Of a DNA stretch of 25,137 nt, positions 1 through 7,315 are shown piece after piece. Under the pieces are notes generated by a model. The model worked only from the letters and a program-made list of their open reading frames with translations. It was not told where the DNA came from and made no database searches. The stretch is taken from positions 1-25,137 of the forward strand of contig JAHHRN010000010.1 of assembly GCA_020025775.1 (NCBI GenBank), written 5' to 3'. The position numbers and the translations under genes were made by a program. How positions within the stretch are numbered: the first letter of the stretch is position 1; every line of letters begins with the position of its first letter. The DNA is from Acutalibacter sp. (GTDB lineage Bacteria > Bacillota > Clostridia > Oscillospirales > Acutalibacteraceae).

Positions 1-54
1 ATGAAAAAACAATATTGCCGGATTTGATTTATTTCCCATCGTATTAAAAATCAT
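1..54 (-). CDS. possible 5' end of a CDS running off the left edge (MIFNTMGNKSNPAILFFH...)
   Basis: Minus-strand ATG at 54..52 is preceded by GGAGGG (62-67) with a 7-nt spacer. Only 18 codons are visible, too short for the ORF track. Confidence 0.25.
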   Translation of the reverse strand, partial: MIFNTMGNKSNPAILFFH

Positions 55-377
55 AGAGACACCCTCCACTTCAAATCTTCAAAAATTATAGTCAAACTCG
101 CCGCATTTACAAAATAGCTGGGATTTATTTTTTTGAATCCAGCTCGAAGTCTGCTTTATCGCGATAAATTGAAAATTAAAAAATTCACGCGATTGGTCAC
201 GGACAACCCATAAAGGAATTTACGGCAGTTAGCTTTGACTAACTATAGGATAGCACATTCTTCTCAATCTTTCAATTACCTAAGAAATACTATTTCAATT
301 TTACTAGAGTAAGCTGTTGAAAATTTTCAGATTTTATGAGCAATTTCTTTGTATAGACAAAAAAACGCTTATACTTC

Positions 378-405
378 TTGAGAAAATTAAAATTTTCGGT
401 AGAGT
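378..405 (+). promoter_or_regulatory. weak candidate sigma-A promoter TTGAGA-16-TAGAGT
   Basis: TTGAGA at 378-383, 16-nt spacer, TAGAGT at 400-405. It would drive the ORF-less unit that ends at the plus-facing terminator at 579-615. Confidence 0.2.
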
Positions 406-523
406 ATGATTTCCTTTCGTACCATTGTGGCGAGCAGACCGTTTTTACTCCTGCGAAAATCAAAACAGTACATCCGTTAGACGTAAACTCCTAAGGCATC
501 TTTCATGCATACCGAAAGGAAAA

Positions 524-556
524 CCCGACACAATCCAATTTGGAGATTGTGTCGGG
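524..556 (-). terminator. intrinsic terminator for the 620..1183 gene
   Basis: 12-bp stem CCCGACACAATC / GATTGTGTCGGG. On the minus strand it is followed by TTTTCCTTT; on the plus strand only by TTT. Confidence 0.6.
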
Positions 557-578
557 TTTGATAAGAAAACTTCTTTAC

Positions 579-615
579 GGGCGTACCGAAACGGTTCGTC
601 CTTTTTCTTTTATTT
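579..615 (+). terminator. plus-oriented intrinsic terminator with no annotated plus-strand gene upstream
   Basis: GGGCGTACCG-AAA-CGGTTCGTCC stem (one mismatch, one G-U) followed by TTTTTCTTTTATTT on the plus strand. On the minus strand the trailing sequence is not U-rich. Confidence 0.5.
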
Positions 616-619
616 ACGT

Positions 620-1183
620 TTAAATGACAAAATTGAAAATGTCGAAAATACCTTCTACTTCATCGGAAATGAGGTTGAAAAGACGCTTGCCGAGCTCAAC
701 ATAGCTTTCCTCATTTTCTTTACCGCAAAGCATGGCAAAGGCTTTGCCGATTTCGGTAATCACGCTCAGGCTTTCTTTGCGCATCGCTAAGTAATAGAAG
801 CTGTATTCTGCGCCGTCCGAAAATTCGGTATAGAAGTCGAGGTCACCGTTTTTAATGTTGCCGTAAAGCGCGTTAATCGCGGTACTCTTGATAATCGCAT
901 TCGGCAAAATGCGGTTGAGGGTGTATTCCGCCGAAAAGAACATGAGAATTTTAATCTGGTAGAGAATCTCTTTGGGGTAATCCACCGTGCCCAAAATAGA
1001 GCTGAGATGTTCTAACAAATCCTTTTCATTCAGGAAAATATCAGCCAGATAATCGCCGAGGCGTATGGCTTCGTCAATATTGCCGTTGGCACGCTGTTCT
1101 TCCATAAGCGCAATGAAACCCAGTTCATCGTCGCGGCTTTTGGCTTTTTCCTGCCCAAAAATTTTGATGTCGCTGTCTTCCAT
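620..1183 (-). CDS. hypothetical protein, 187 aa, no family recognised
   Basis: ORF with GAGGT 6 nt upstream of the ATG at 1183. It lies 36 nt downstream of the PHP gene on the same strand and is followed by a terminator. Confidence 0.6.
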   Translation of the reverse strand: MEDSDIKIFGQEKAKSRDDELGFIALMEEQRANGNIDEAIRLGDYLADIFLNEKDLLEHLSSILGTVDYPKEILYQIKILMFFSAEYTLNRILPNAIIKSTAINALYGNIKNGDLDFYTEFSDGAEYSFYYLAMRKESLSVITEIGKAFAMLCGKENEESYVELGKRLFNLISDEVEGIFDIFNFVI

Positions 1184-1219
1184 GTGTCTACCTCAAATCT
1201 TTCCGGCATCGACGGTTTT

Positions 1220-2131
1220 TCAGCCGATGCTCTTTTCTTGCGCCGCAGCCAGTGCAGCTGCTTCGGCGGCAAGCTTTTGCTGTTTCTTTAAAAGTCTTTT
1301 TTGTTTTGCCTTGTAACCGAGGAGCTTATCCATAGCGGTGTCCGGCGTTAAAACGTCTCCAATGGAAACGGGATAGTTGTTGTAAAGACCGTGGAAATCC
1401 GAACCGCCGGTCATTAAGAGCTTGTGCTTCTGTGCGAGCTTTTGCAGCTGGGCACGCTGTTCGTCATTGGCAGAAGGATGCCAAACCTCGATGCCGTCCA
1501 AACCACATTCGATTAAACGGGGGAGGGAATCTAAGTTATCATAAACAAAGGGATGCGCTAAAACGGCAATGCCGCCGGCATCGTGAATCGCGGTGACCAC
1601 TTCTTCAATATCCGAAAATTTCGGTGTAACCAAAATGGACTTGCTTCCTTCCTTTGTGAAAAGCTCGTCGTAAAGGTCGCCGTGAATCTGCTGTGCAAAG
1701 CCGCACTCCATGAGTGCCTGCATCATATGCACCTTAAAAATGTTGGTGGAACCGGTTGCGCATTTGGCAATGAATTCTGCCGCAATCGGATATTTGCGCA
1801 CGAGCTGGAGCATCATATAATGCGCCGCCTTTTTGCGTGCCAAAGAATTGCGGTGGCAAAGACCCTCTAAACGGTCGGGATAGTCGCATGAATAGCAAAG
1901 CAAATGTACCGTTTTACCGGTTTCTTTATCTGTAGCGGAAAGTTCAACCCCCGGAATGACCTGAACACCAGCGCGTTGACCGATAATTTTACCGCGGACA
2001 GTTGCCGCAAGACAATCGTGGTCTGTAATGGCGATGGCCTCGACGCCGCGTTTTTTTGCCAGTGTAATTAAGTCCTCAATACCCAATGAGCCATCCGAAA
2101 GTTTGGTATGGCAATGTAAATCTCCCTGCAC
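1220..2131 (-). CDS. PHP-domain metal-dependent phosphoesterase (TrpH/YciV RNase AM-like) with Lys/Ala-rich C-terminal tail
   Basis: N-terminus (M)QGDLHCHTKLSDGS...AIAITDHD is the PHP His/Asp motif pattern. GTG start with AGGAGG 7 nt upstream. Confidence 0.8.
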   Translation of the reverse strand: MQGDLHCHTKLSDGSLGIEDLITLAKKRGVEAIAITDHDCLAATVRGKIIGQRAGVQVIPGVELSATDKETGKTVHLLCYSCDYPDRLEGLCHRNSLARKKAAHYMMLQLVRKYPIAAEFIAKCATGSTNIFKVHMMQALMECGFAQQIHGDLYDELFTKEGSKSILVTPKFSDIEEVVTAIHDAGGIAVLAHPFVYDNLDSLPRLIECGLDGIEVWHPSANDEQRAQLQKLAQKHKLLMTGGSDFHGLYNNYPVSIGDVLTPDTAMDKLLGYKAKQKRLLKKQQKLAAEAAALAAAQEKSIG

Positions 2132-2244
2132 GAAAATGCCTCCTAACTAATAAAAAAGAGCAGTGGAATTACGATGTAATTCGCGAATACAAAAATTGAG
2201 AAATTTAGGCCGAAAATTCCTCAATTTATCATGATACTGTACCT

Positions 2245-2273
2245 ATTATACTCTCTTTCAGAGGGCATTGCAA
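2245..2273 (-). promoter_or_regulatory. sigma-A promoter TTGCAA-17-TATAAT for the PHP operon
   Basis: Minus-strand TTGCAA (2268-2273), 17-nt spacer, TATAAT (2245-2250). This gives a 5' UTR of about 100 nt containing a GAATTAC-ATC-GTAATTC hairpin (about 2166-2182). Confidence 0.5.
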
Positions 2274-2467
2274 GGGATCTTTCCGACCCAAGGGCGATTT
2301 GGGAAGAATATGGGAGAAGTAACAAAAGAACGCTCGAAAAGAGGGGAGATTTAATAAACTTTGAGCGAAATAGACAAGGAACTCTTCAAAAGTATGGACA
2401 GGACTTCCAAAAAACATACAATTTTCGAAAATTTTAAAAAGAAATCCAAGAAAAGCGAAAAAAAGGA

Positions 2468-2497
2468 TTGACAAAACCACTCTCTATTGTGTATAAT
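2468..2497 (+). promoter_or_regulatory. consensus sigma-A promoter for tRNA-Thr
   Basis: TTGACA (2468-2473), 18-nt spacer ending in TGTG, TATAAT (2492-2497), about 36 nt upstream of the tRNA. Confidence 0.7.
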
Positions 2498-2533
2498 ATT
2501 GAACGTTCCACGGTGAGTGTGAAAACTTCATAT

Positions 2534-2609
2534 GCTGCTATGGCTCAGCAGGTAGAGCACGTCCTTGGTAAGGACGAGGTCACCAGTTCGAATCTGGTTA
2601 GCAGCTCCA
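2534..2609 (+). tRNA. tRNA-Thr (anticodon GGT), CCA encoded
   Basis: Manual cloverleaf: acceptor GCTGCTA/TAGCAGC, D stem GCTC/GAGC, anticodon stem CGTCC/GGACG with loop TTGGTAA, T arm ACCAG-TTCGAAT-CTGGT, discriminator T plus CCA. Confidence 0.95.
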
Positions 2610-2613
2610 AAAA

Positions 2614-2646
2614 GAACCTTGCACTTTTGTGCAAGGTCTTTTTTTA
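2614..2646 (+). terminator. intrinsic terminator after tRNA-Thr
   Basis: GAACCTTGCAC-TTTT-GTGCAAGGTC stem followed by a T7 run. Confidence 0.8.
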
Positions 2647-2655
2647 TCTAAATTT

Positions 2656-2791
2656 CCAGATTCGAACTGGTTCGTCCATGTCACGACTTGTCGTGACGGA
2701 CATAAAATAGGATACTTTGCGAAGCAAAGTTAAGGCATGCGAAAGCATGCCGAATCTGGTTCGTCCATTTCCCGGCGGTTACCGCAGGGAA
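2656..2791 (+). ncRNA. candidate structured RNA / tRNA-3'-arm-derived repeat cluster
   Basis: Four perfect hairpins: 2674-2701 (12 bp, UU loop), 2714-2730 (GAA loop), 2734-2751 (GAAA loop), 2769-2791. The first three are enclosed by 8-9 bp pairing of CCAGATTC(G) (2656-2664) with (C)GAATCTGG (2751-2759). CTGGTTCGTCCAT is repeated at 2667-2679 and 2756-2768. Strand inferred from the GNRA-type loops. Confidence 0.3.
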
Positions 2792-2810
2792 AACATTTGC
2801 GTTCCCTTTA

Positions 2811-2839
2811 TTTACAAAGTGCGGCACAGCGTGTATAAT
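2811..2839 (+). promoter_or_regulatory. sigma-A promoter TTTACA-17-TATAAT for the DUF3783-like gene
   Basis: TTTACA (2811-2816), 17-nt spacer ending in GTG, TATAAT (2834-2839). Confidence 0.6.
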
Positions 2840-2919
2840 AAAACTGCTCACAGAACAGAGCACAAAGCCAATAGACTTCAAAATTTTTATATAGCTATAG
2901 ACTTTAAAGGAGAATGACC

Positions 2920-3300
2920 ATGCGCGCGAGAATCACGCAAGCCAAAAAGACAATTTTAATTTACGGGCTGACCGCGGAAGAAAACGCCAAACTTTCAGCC
3001 CTTGCCGAAGAAAAAAAGATTGCTTGCAAGGCGGTTAGCGACAGGGAAACCGCTTTAACGGTTGCTCAGCTTTTATATGGGGAAAATCCGCCGCAGGGCG
3101 AAGAGGAAGCTGTTGACGGTAAGTTTGCCGTATTAGACGGCTTCGGCAACAAAGAGCGCGAGGGCACGGCGCTGATCAATGCTGTGGATGCTTCTGTTTT
3201 AAAAGCTGTGCGCACCCCTTATAACGGCGGTTGGAAGTTTAAAGACCTTTGCAAGGAACTAAAAAAAGAACACGCTGTTATGCACAAAGGTAAAAATTAA
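2920..3300 (+). CDS. DUF3783-like small protein (126 aa)
   Basis: The ORF-track start at 2914 is only 1 nt from AAGGAG (2907-2912). The ATG at 2920 has a 7-nt spacer and is preferred. The C-terminal pattern AV.TP.N..W.F..L..EL..EH..M matches my recollection of DUF3783 proteins; not verified by search. Confidence 0.6.
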   Translation: MRARITQAKKTILIYGLTAEENAKLSALAEEKKIACKAVSDRETALTVAQLLYGENPPQGEEEAVDGKFAVLDGFGNKEREGTALINAVDASVLKAVRTPYNGGWKFKDLCKELKKEHAVMHKGKN

Positions 3301-3318
3301 GAAAAATACAAAAAGAAA

Positions 3319-3349
3319 CCCCCGTTCCGAAATATCGGACGGGGGTTTT
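3319..3349. terminator. bidirectional intrinsic terminator between convergent genes
   Basis: CCCCCGTTCCG / CGGACGGGGG stem (one bulge) with TTTT on the plus strand and TTTCTTTTTGTATTTTT on the minus strand. Confidence 0.8.
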
Positions 3350-3352
3350 GTG

Positions 3353-5464
3353 TTATTTGGATTTTGCAGGAAGTGTTTCGAGGTTCGCTTCCGTGGTAGC
3401 TTCGGGTTTGGCTTTTTCCGTAGTTTCCACTTCGGTGACAACCTCTGTGGCGGCTTCTGCCTGCGCTACTTCTTCTGCTTTTTCACTTTCCGGCTCGATA
3501 GGTTCAATCGACGGTGCCGTTGGCTTTGCAGCGGTTACCTTCTTCAGCTCCTCGAGCACGTGGCTGTTTTGAAGCTTATCTGTTATCGCACCTATATCCG
3601 GCTTGCCTGCGGGCATCGGAAGCTTATCCTTGAGCCCTGCGCCTGCGGAAGCAAGGTCACCCTTGAGCTTATCGCCTGTCGAAAGAAGAGGCTTTAATAA
3701 ATCCTGTAATTCGGGCGGCAACTGGGAAGGATCCTTCGGCAATTCTGCGGGGATTTTCTCTTCGGGTACGCCGCTTGCAATGAGCTGGTCACGAATTTTA
3801 TCCTTTTCTGTTTCTGCGCCGATATAGCCTTTCATGATTTTGCGTGCATCCTCTAAGGTGGCTTTGCAGTTGTGGTTCACATCCGCCGCCTCACGCTGAA
3901 TGGGCGTGAAATCCTCCACTTTGTTTGCATAGCGCAGAACGTGTCTGGCATCTACAAGATTCACTGTGCCGTCACGGTTGGCGTCGCCATATTGCAGGCT
4001 TAGCGGCATTAAAATATGCGAATCGCGATTATAGAGCATGAACTGCGGATAGTCGGGGTGATCGTCAATATCCACCTGCTTCGGTGCCGTTAAAATATGC
4101 GCATAGAATTTGCATTGATTTTCTTCCATCGAGAAGCCAACGTGCTCCATGTTCTTGATGAACCATGTGCATTCGGGGAACATGCAGGTGGAAGCGTCAA
4201 TCATGCGGTCGGGCGAGAGATATTTACTCTGTGGTGTGCTTTCGGGCAGGGTCATGCCGAGGGACGCACAAGTCGCGCCGCCGCTGGTCTGTTTGGTTTC
4301 GATAACCTTGTCGCCGGTATAAGCCGAATCGGGGCTGACGGGCGGCATCGGTAAATTATAGTTGGAAAGAATAGCGAGGCTGACACCGTTTTTTTGTGCC
4401 CGGCGGAAGGTCTTTTCCACATTGCGCTGTACAAGCTGATAAGCGTCAATTTTTGCGCTCAATGCTGCCAATTCAGCGGCAGAGGCGTTGGAGCGGGAGA
4501 ACATATAGTCCTTCGCCGTCAACAGGTCCTCATTCGGTACGAAGGACCAGAAGCCGAGGCAGTAGCCGAACGCCGGCAAAACGAAATCGGTGTAAAGCTT
4601 ATCTTTTTCATAGCGTAAGAAAGTATCTGCTAAAGAAAGCACCTGCTCCAAAATCGGTGTGGAGCCTAAAATCTTGCCGAGTTCTTCTCTGCCAACGGTT
4701 TCATCAATCATGGCAATGAGGTCGTTTTTGTTAAACTGCATATTGCCCTTAAACAGCTCGCCGACATAGGAAACGCCTGTAAAGGCAGAGGAAATCATCG
4801 TGATGTTGGAAATGTCGGCTGTGCCGTATTTGGCGATATAGGTCGAAACCATGACACCGCCCATGCTGATGCCGGCAATCGAAACCTTCTTAGCCCCGGT
4901 CACTTCTTTAATATGTTTGACCCAAGTGTTGAGCTCATCGGCAATCGTAAAGGGATCCTGTCGCCAGTCTAAGCCGTAGATAAAAATATTATCCGGGCCG
5001 ACTTCGTGCATGGTTTCTACATAGAGGGATTTGGTGAAAATCTCCTCGTATTCGGGCGAGCCGACGCCGTAATAGCCTGCGGATTCGGGGTACTGGTAGG
5101 AAAGCTGCACCTCGGGATGCGCTACAGTACCGTCGGGATTGCAGGTGACGGGCTCGAACATTTCGGTAACAATCGGGAGTGCTTGATCGTAGAAAGCATC
5201 ATAATCCGCCTGCGTTTGCGGAGATTTCAAAAGCTCCAGTAAAAAAGGCGCGGCCTGTTTTACGGCTTCTAAAATAAAGGGCTTTTTAATGGGGAAAACC
5301 ATTTTGCCTGTGGCGGGGTCTTCGAGCGGATATTCAGAAAAGCCGGTTACAATCAATACGGGATTTTTCTGCGGCTCGGCGGCAAACGCGGGCACCAAGG
5401 TGAGCACCAAAAGCAAAACGGCAATGCCGACGCTGAGTATTTTTTTGAATAGCGGTGATTTCAC
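3353..5464 (-). CDS. secreted alpha/beta-hydrolase lipase/esterase (LCAT-like YGLDWR family) with internal dockerin and long acidic low-complexity tail
   Basis: Signal peptide (M)KSPLFKKILSVGIAVLLLVLTLVPAFA, YGLDWRQDP motif, nucleophile elbow GISMGG. The ORF-track ATG at 5473 abuts AAGGAGG with no spacer. The GTG at 5464 has a 9-nt spacer, so the start is ambiguous between the two. Confidence 0.8.
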   Translation of the reverse strand: MKSPLFKKILSVGIAVLLLVLTLVPAFAAEPQKNPVLIVTGFSEYPLEDPATGKMVFPIKKPFILEAVKQAAPFLLELLKSPQTQADYDAFYDQALPIVTEMFEPVTCNPDGTVAHPEVQLSYQYPESAGYYGVGSPEYEEIFTKSLYVETMHEVGPDNIFIYGLDWRQDPFTIADELNTWVKHIKEVTGAKKVSIAGISMGGVMVSTYIAKYGTADISNITMISSAFTGVSYVGELFKGNMQFNKNDLIAMIDETVGREELGKILGSTPILEQVLSLADTFLRYEKDKLYTDFVLPAFGYCLGFWSFVPNEDLLTAKDYMFSRSNASAAELAALSAKIDAYQLVQRNVEKTFRRAQKNGVSLAILSNYNLPMPPVSPDSAYTGDKVIETKQTSGGATCASLGMTLPESTPQSKYLSPDRMIDASTCMFPECTWFIKNMEHVGFSMEENQCKFYAHILTAPKQVDIDDHPDYPQFMLYNRDSHILMPLSLQYGDANRDGTVNLVDARHVLRYANKVEDFTPIQREAADVNHNCKATLEDARKIMKGYIGAETEKDKIRDQLIASGVPEEKIPAELPKDPSQLPPELQDLLKPLLSTGDKLKGDLASAGAGLKDKLPMPAGKPDIGAITDKLQNSHVLEELKKVTAAKPTAPSIEPIEPESEKAEEVAQAEAATEVVTEVETTEKAKPEATTEANLETLPAKSK
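3821..3988 (-). other. dockerin-like duplicated Ca-binding segment inside the lipase CDS (aa 496-551)
   Basis: GDANRDGTVNLVDARHVLR ... ADVNHNCKATLEDARKIMK fits the two-repeat D.N.DG....D pattern of type I dockerins. Confidence 0.65.
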
Positions 5465-5572
5465 GAGAAACATCCTCCTTTGAAACGTAGTCGGAATTTT
5501 AAAAAACCACGTTCATAATAGAATGTTAACACAATAAACAAAAAAAGGCAAATGTTTCTTAAATTTTTATTG

Positions 5573-6496
5573 TTAAAATACAGAACTTATCTGCTTTTCG
5601 GAGGATTTCGGACTGTATTGCCACGAATCCAAATGCGAAATATCGGGGTAAGTGTAGGCGTTCGGGACTTGTGCCTCTGAAAAATGGTCAACCAAAATGA
5701 GCTTGATTTTCATTTTTTCAGGGCAGATGCTTTTAATATAGACCGAGGCACTTTCGCCCTCCTGCACGCCGGCGGTGTATTCCGCAAGACCGGCAAGGTT
5801 CGGGGCAAGCTCAATAAAAATACCGTATTTCTCAATCGAGCGCACAATGCCCGGAACGGTTTCACCGGCGGCAAAATGCGCCACATTCTCTTCCCACGTG
5901 CCGAGCAGCTCCTTGTGCGACAGGGTGATTTTGCCGTCCGCGTCAATGGATTTTACAATCGCCTTGATATTTTGGCCGGGTACAAAACGAACCTTCGGAT
6001 GCGGAATGCGCGACACACAAATGCTGTCAATCGGCAAAAGCGCGGGAATCCCTGCACCGACATCACAAAATGCACCGAAGGACTCGAGACGTGTGACGGC
6101 GGCGTCAATCACATCTCCTGCCGAGAGCGTGCTTATGTATTGTCGGCGACAATCCTCCTGTACGGCTTTTCGGGAAAGTACGGCATAGGTTTTACCGTCT
6201 TTCGCAGTTTTGAAATCGACAATATAAAAGCAAACGGGCTTGTTCACGCGCGATAAAATGGCAATATCGCGCACTTCACCTTCTTTAATGCCAATGGCGC
6301 ACTCCTCGCGCGGAATAATGCCTTCCATAACGCCCAAATCGACATGGAGATTGTGCTCGCGGTCGCCGAGCAGGGCACGGCTTTCTAAAAGGATATGCTT
6401 CACCTTGGCTTCTCTTAAATGGGCTTCCGAGGTAAAATAGCTTTGACTTTTGGCAAACAGCGCCCCGAAATCTTCGGGCGGAAAAAGCGTTTTCAT
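5573..6496 (-). CDS. S1 RNA-binding domain protein (307 aa, multiple S1-like repeats)
   Basis: S1-like repeats, for example GDVIDAAVTRLESFGAFCDVG and GETVPGIVRSIEKYGIFIELA. Start reset to the ATG at 6496 (AAGGTGAT RBS). The 112-codon upstream extension in the ORF track overlaps spoVT and crosses a terminator. Confidence 0.8.
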   Translation of the reverse strand: MKTLFPPEDFGALFAKSQSYFTSEAHLREAKVKHILLESRALLGDREHNLHVDLGVMEGIIPREECAIGIKEGEVRDIAILSRVNKPVCFYIVDFKTAKDGKTYAVLSRKAVQEDCRRQYISTLSAGDVIDAAVTRLESFGAFCDVGAGIPALLPIDSICVSRIPHPKVRFVPGQNIKAIVKSIDADGKITLSHKELLGTWEENVAHFAAGETVPGIVRSIEKYGIFIELAPNLAGLAEYTAGVQEGESASVYIKSICPEKMKIKLILVDHFSEAQVPNAYTYPDISHLDSWQYSPKSSEKQISSVF

Positions 6497-6563
6497 TATA
6501 ATCACCTTTTTTCTGAAGTCTGTTTTTATGTATATGCAGGTAAAAGGCAATTTAGAAATGCAG

Positions 6564-6606
6564 AAACAGCGGATGAGGTTTTCTGCCCTAACCCCATCCG
6601 CTGTTT
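6564..6606 (-). terminator. intrinsic terminator after spoVT (A-tract/T-tract flanked, likely bidirectional)
   Basis: AAACAGCGGATG / CATCCGCTGTTT 12-bp stem starting 3 nt after the spoVT stop. U-rich TTTCTGCATTTCT on the minus strand, T7 on the plus strand. Confidence 0.6.
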
Positions 6607-6608
6607 TT

Positions 6609-7148
6609 TTATTCCTCGGTCTGCTTGCCCAAAAAGGACGCGGCAACCTGTGTGAGCTTGATTTCTTCGGGTGCGGGCATTCTGCCGTCCTCCGAAAGTA
6701 AAAGCACCACAGAGCCGGAAACGTCTCCGCCGCCGATGATGGGATAAACAACGGCGGCTTCTCTCTCAAAGCCTGCAATCGGATACAGCGCGGCGGTCGC
6801 AGGTGAAGCAATATAATTCTGACGCTGGGCAATCAAATTTTCAAGCTCGGCGGAAAGACGGCGTTCAGTCAGCTCTCGCTTGGAAGCACCCGAAACCGCA
6901 ATCACGCGGTCACGGTCGGTCATAATCACGGGCAAATCCGTGGCACGATTTAAAACTTCAGCAAATTGTAATGCGGTTTGCGATAATTCTCCGATGGGAG
7001 AATATTTTTTGAAAATCACCTCGCCGTCGGCGGCGGTAAAGATTTCTAAGGGGTCGCCCTCGCGAATACGCATGGTTCTGCGAATTTCTTTCGGAATCAC
7101 GACTCTGCCGAGGTCATCAATGCGTCTCACAATACCCGTAGCTTTCAT
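6609..7148 (-). CDS. spoVT: stage V sporulation protein T (AbrB-type SpoVT regulator)
   Basis: N-terminus MKATGIVRRIDDLGRVVIPKEIRRTMRIREGDPLEIF is the SpoVT/AbrB swapped-hairpin domain. The 179-aa length with a GAF-like C-terminal part fits SpoVT. Confidence 0.9.
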   Translation of the reverse strand: MKATGIVRRIDDLGRVVIPKEIRRTMRIREGDPLEIFTAADGEVIFKKYSPIGELSQTALQFAEVLNRATDLPVIMTDRDRVIAVSGASKRELTERRLSAELENLIAQRQNYIASPATAALYPIAGFEREAAVVYPIIGGGDVSGSVVLLLSEDGRMPAPEEIKLTQVAASFLGKQTEE

Positions 7149-7256
7149 ATAAAAATCTCCTTCTAAACAAATCTTAGGCGTTGTTATTGTCTGCCGTAAG
7201 AAGAAAAATATACCGATTTTTCAATTTTTCTTGCATTTTTAAAACACCGAGAAGGC

Positions 7257-7285
7257 TTGACAAAGTGTTTCTTCGGGGGTACTAT
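7257..7285 (+). promoter_or_regulatory. sigma-A promoter TTGACA-17-TACTAT
   Basis: TTGACA (7257-7262), 17-nt spacer, TACTAT (7280-7285), 30 nt upstream of the ATG at 7316. Divergent from spoVT. Confidence 0.6.
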
Positions 7286-7315
7286 GGAAAAAGATTTTTT
7301 AAAGAAGGTAAGACT

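Larger units (their letters stand above)
410..615 (+). ncRNA. candidate ORF-less transcript / small RNA
   Basis: A 10-bp long-range helix (410-419 TTTCCTTTCG with 513-522 CGAAAGGAAA) encloses about 93 nt. Two ACTCCT motifs lie 40 nt apart (447-452, 487-492). Two hairpins follow, the second with a strong plus-strand T-run. No credible plus-strand ORF or RBS. Confidence 0.2.

Noticed and set aside
425-790. 121-aa plus-strand ORF
   Set aside because: It runs through two terminator hairpins, is antisense to the 620..1183 gene, and has no RBS.
2229-2480. ORFs of 68 aa (plus) and 83 aa (minus) in the PHP-tRNA intergenic region
   Set aside because: They have no RBS, overlap both divergent promoters, and lie in a purine-rich, AT-rich spacer typical of non-coding DNA.
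6564-6610. The hairpin after spoVT looks like a stronger terminator on the plus strand (T7) than on the minus strand
   Set aside because: There is no plus-strand gene or promoter upstream. The A-tract/hairpin/U-tract layout is typical of bidirectional terminators, so it needs no extra feature.
6497-6832. 112-codon N-terminal extension of the S1-domain ORF (track entry 5573..6832)
   Set aside because: It overlaps the 3' end of spoVT in another frame, crosses the spoVT terminator hairpin, and has an odd Arg/Pro/Cys-rich composition. An internal ATG at 6496 has a good AAGGTGAT RBS.
7149-7256. Search for a sigma-G promoter upstream of spoVT
   Set aside because: Only loose matches were found (GTATA-15-CAGACAATA). 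They are not convincing enough to report.
7181-7315. 45-codon extension of the flavodoxin/ferredoxin ORF
   Set aside because: It would start upstream of the TTGACA-17-TACTAT promoter and has no RBS. The flavodoxin fold begins at MYQKLVAVYFSATGNT (7316).
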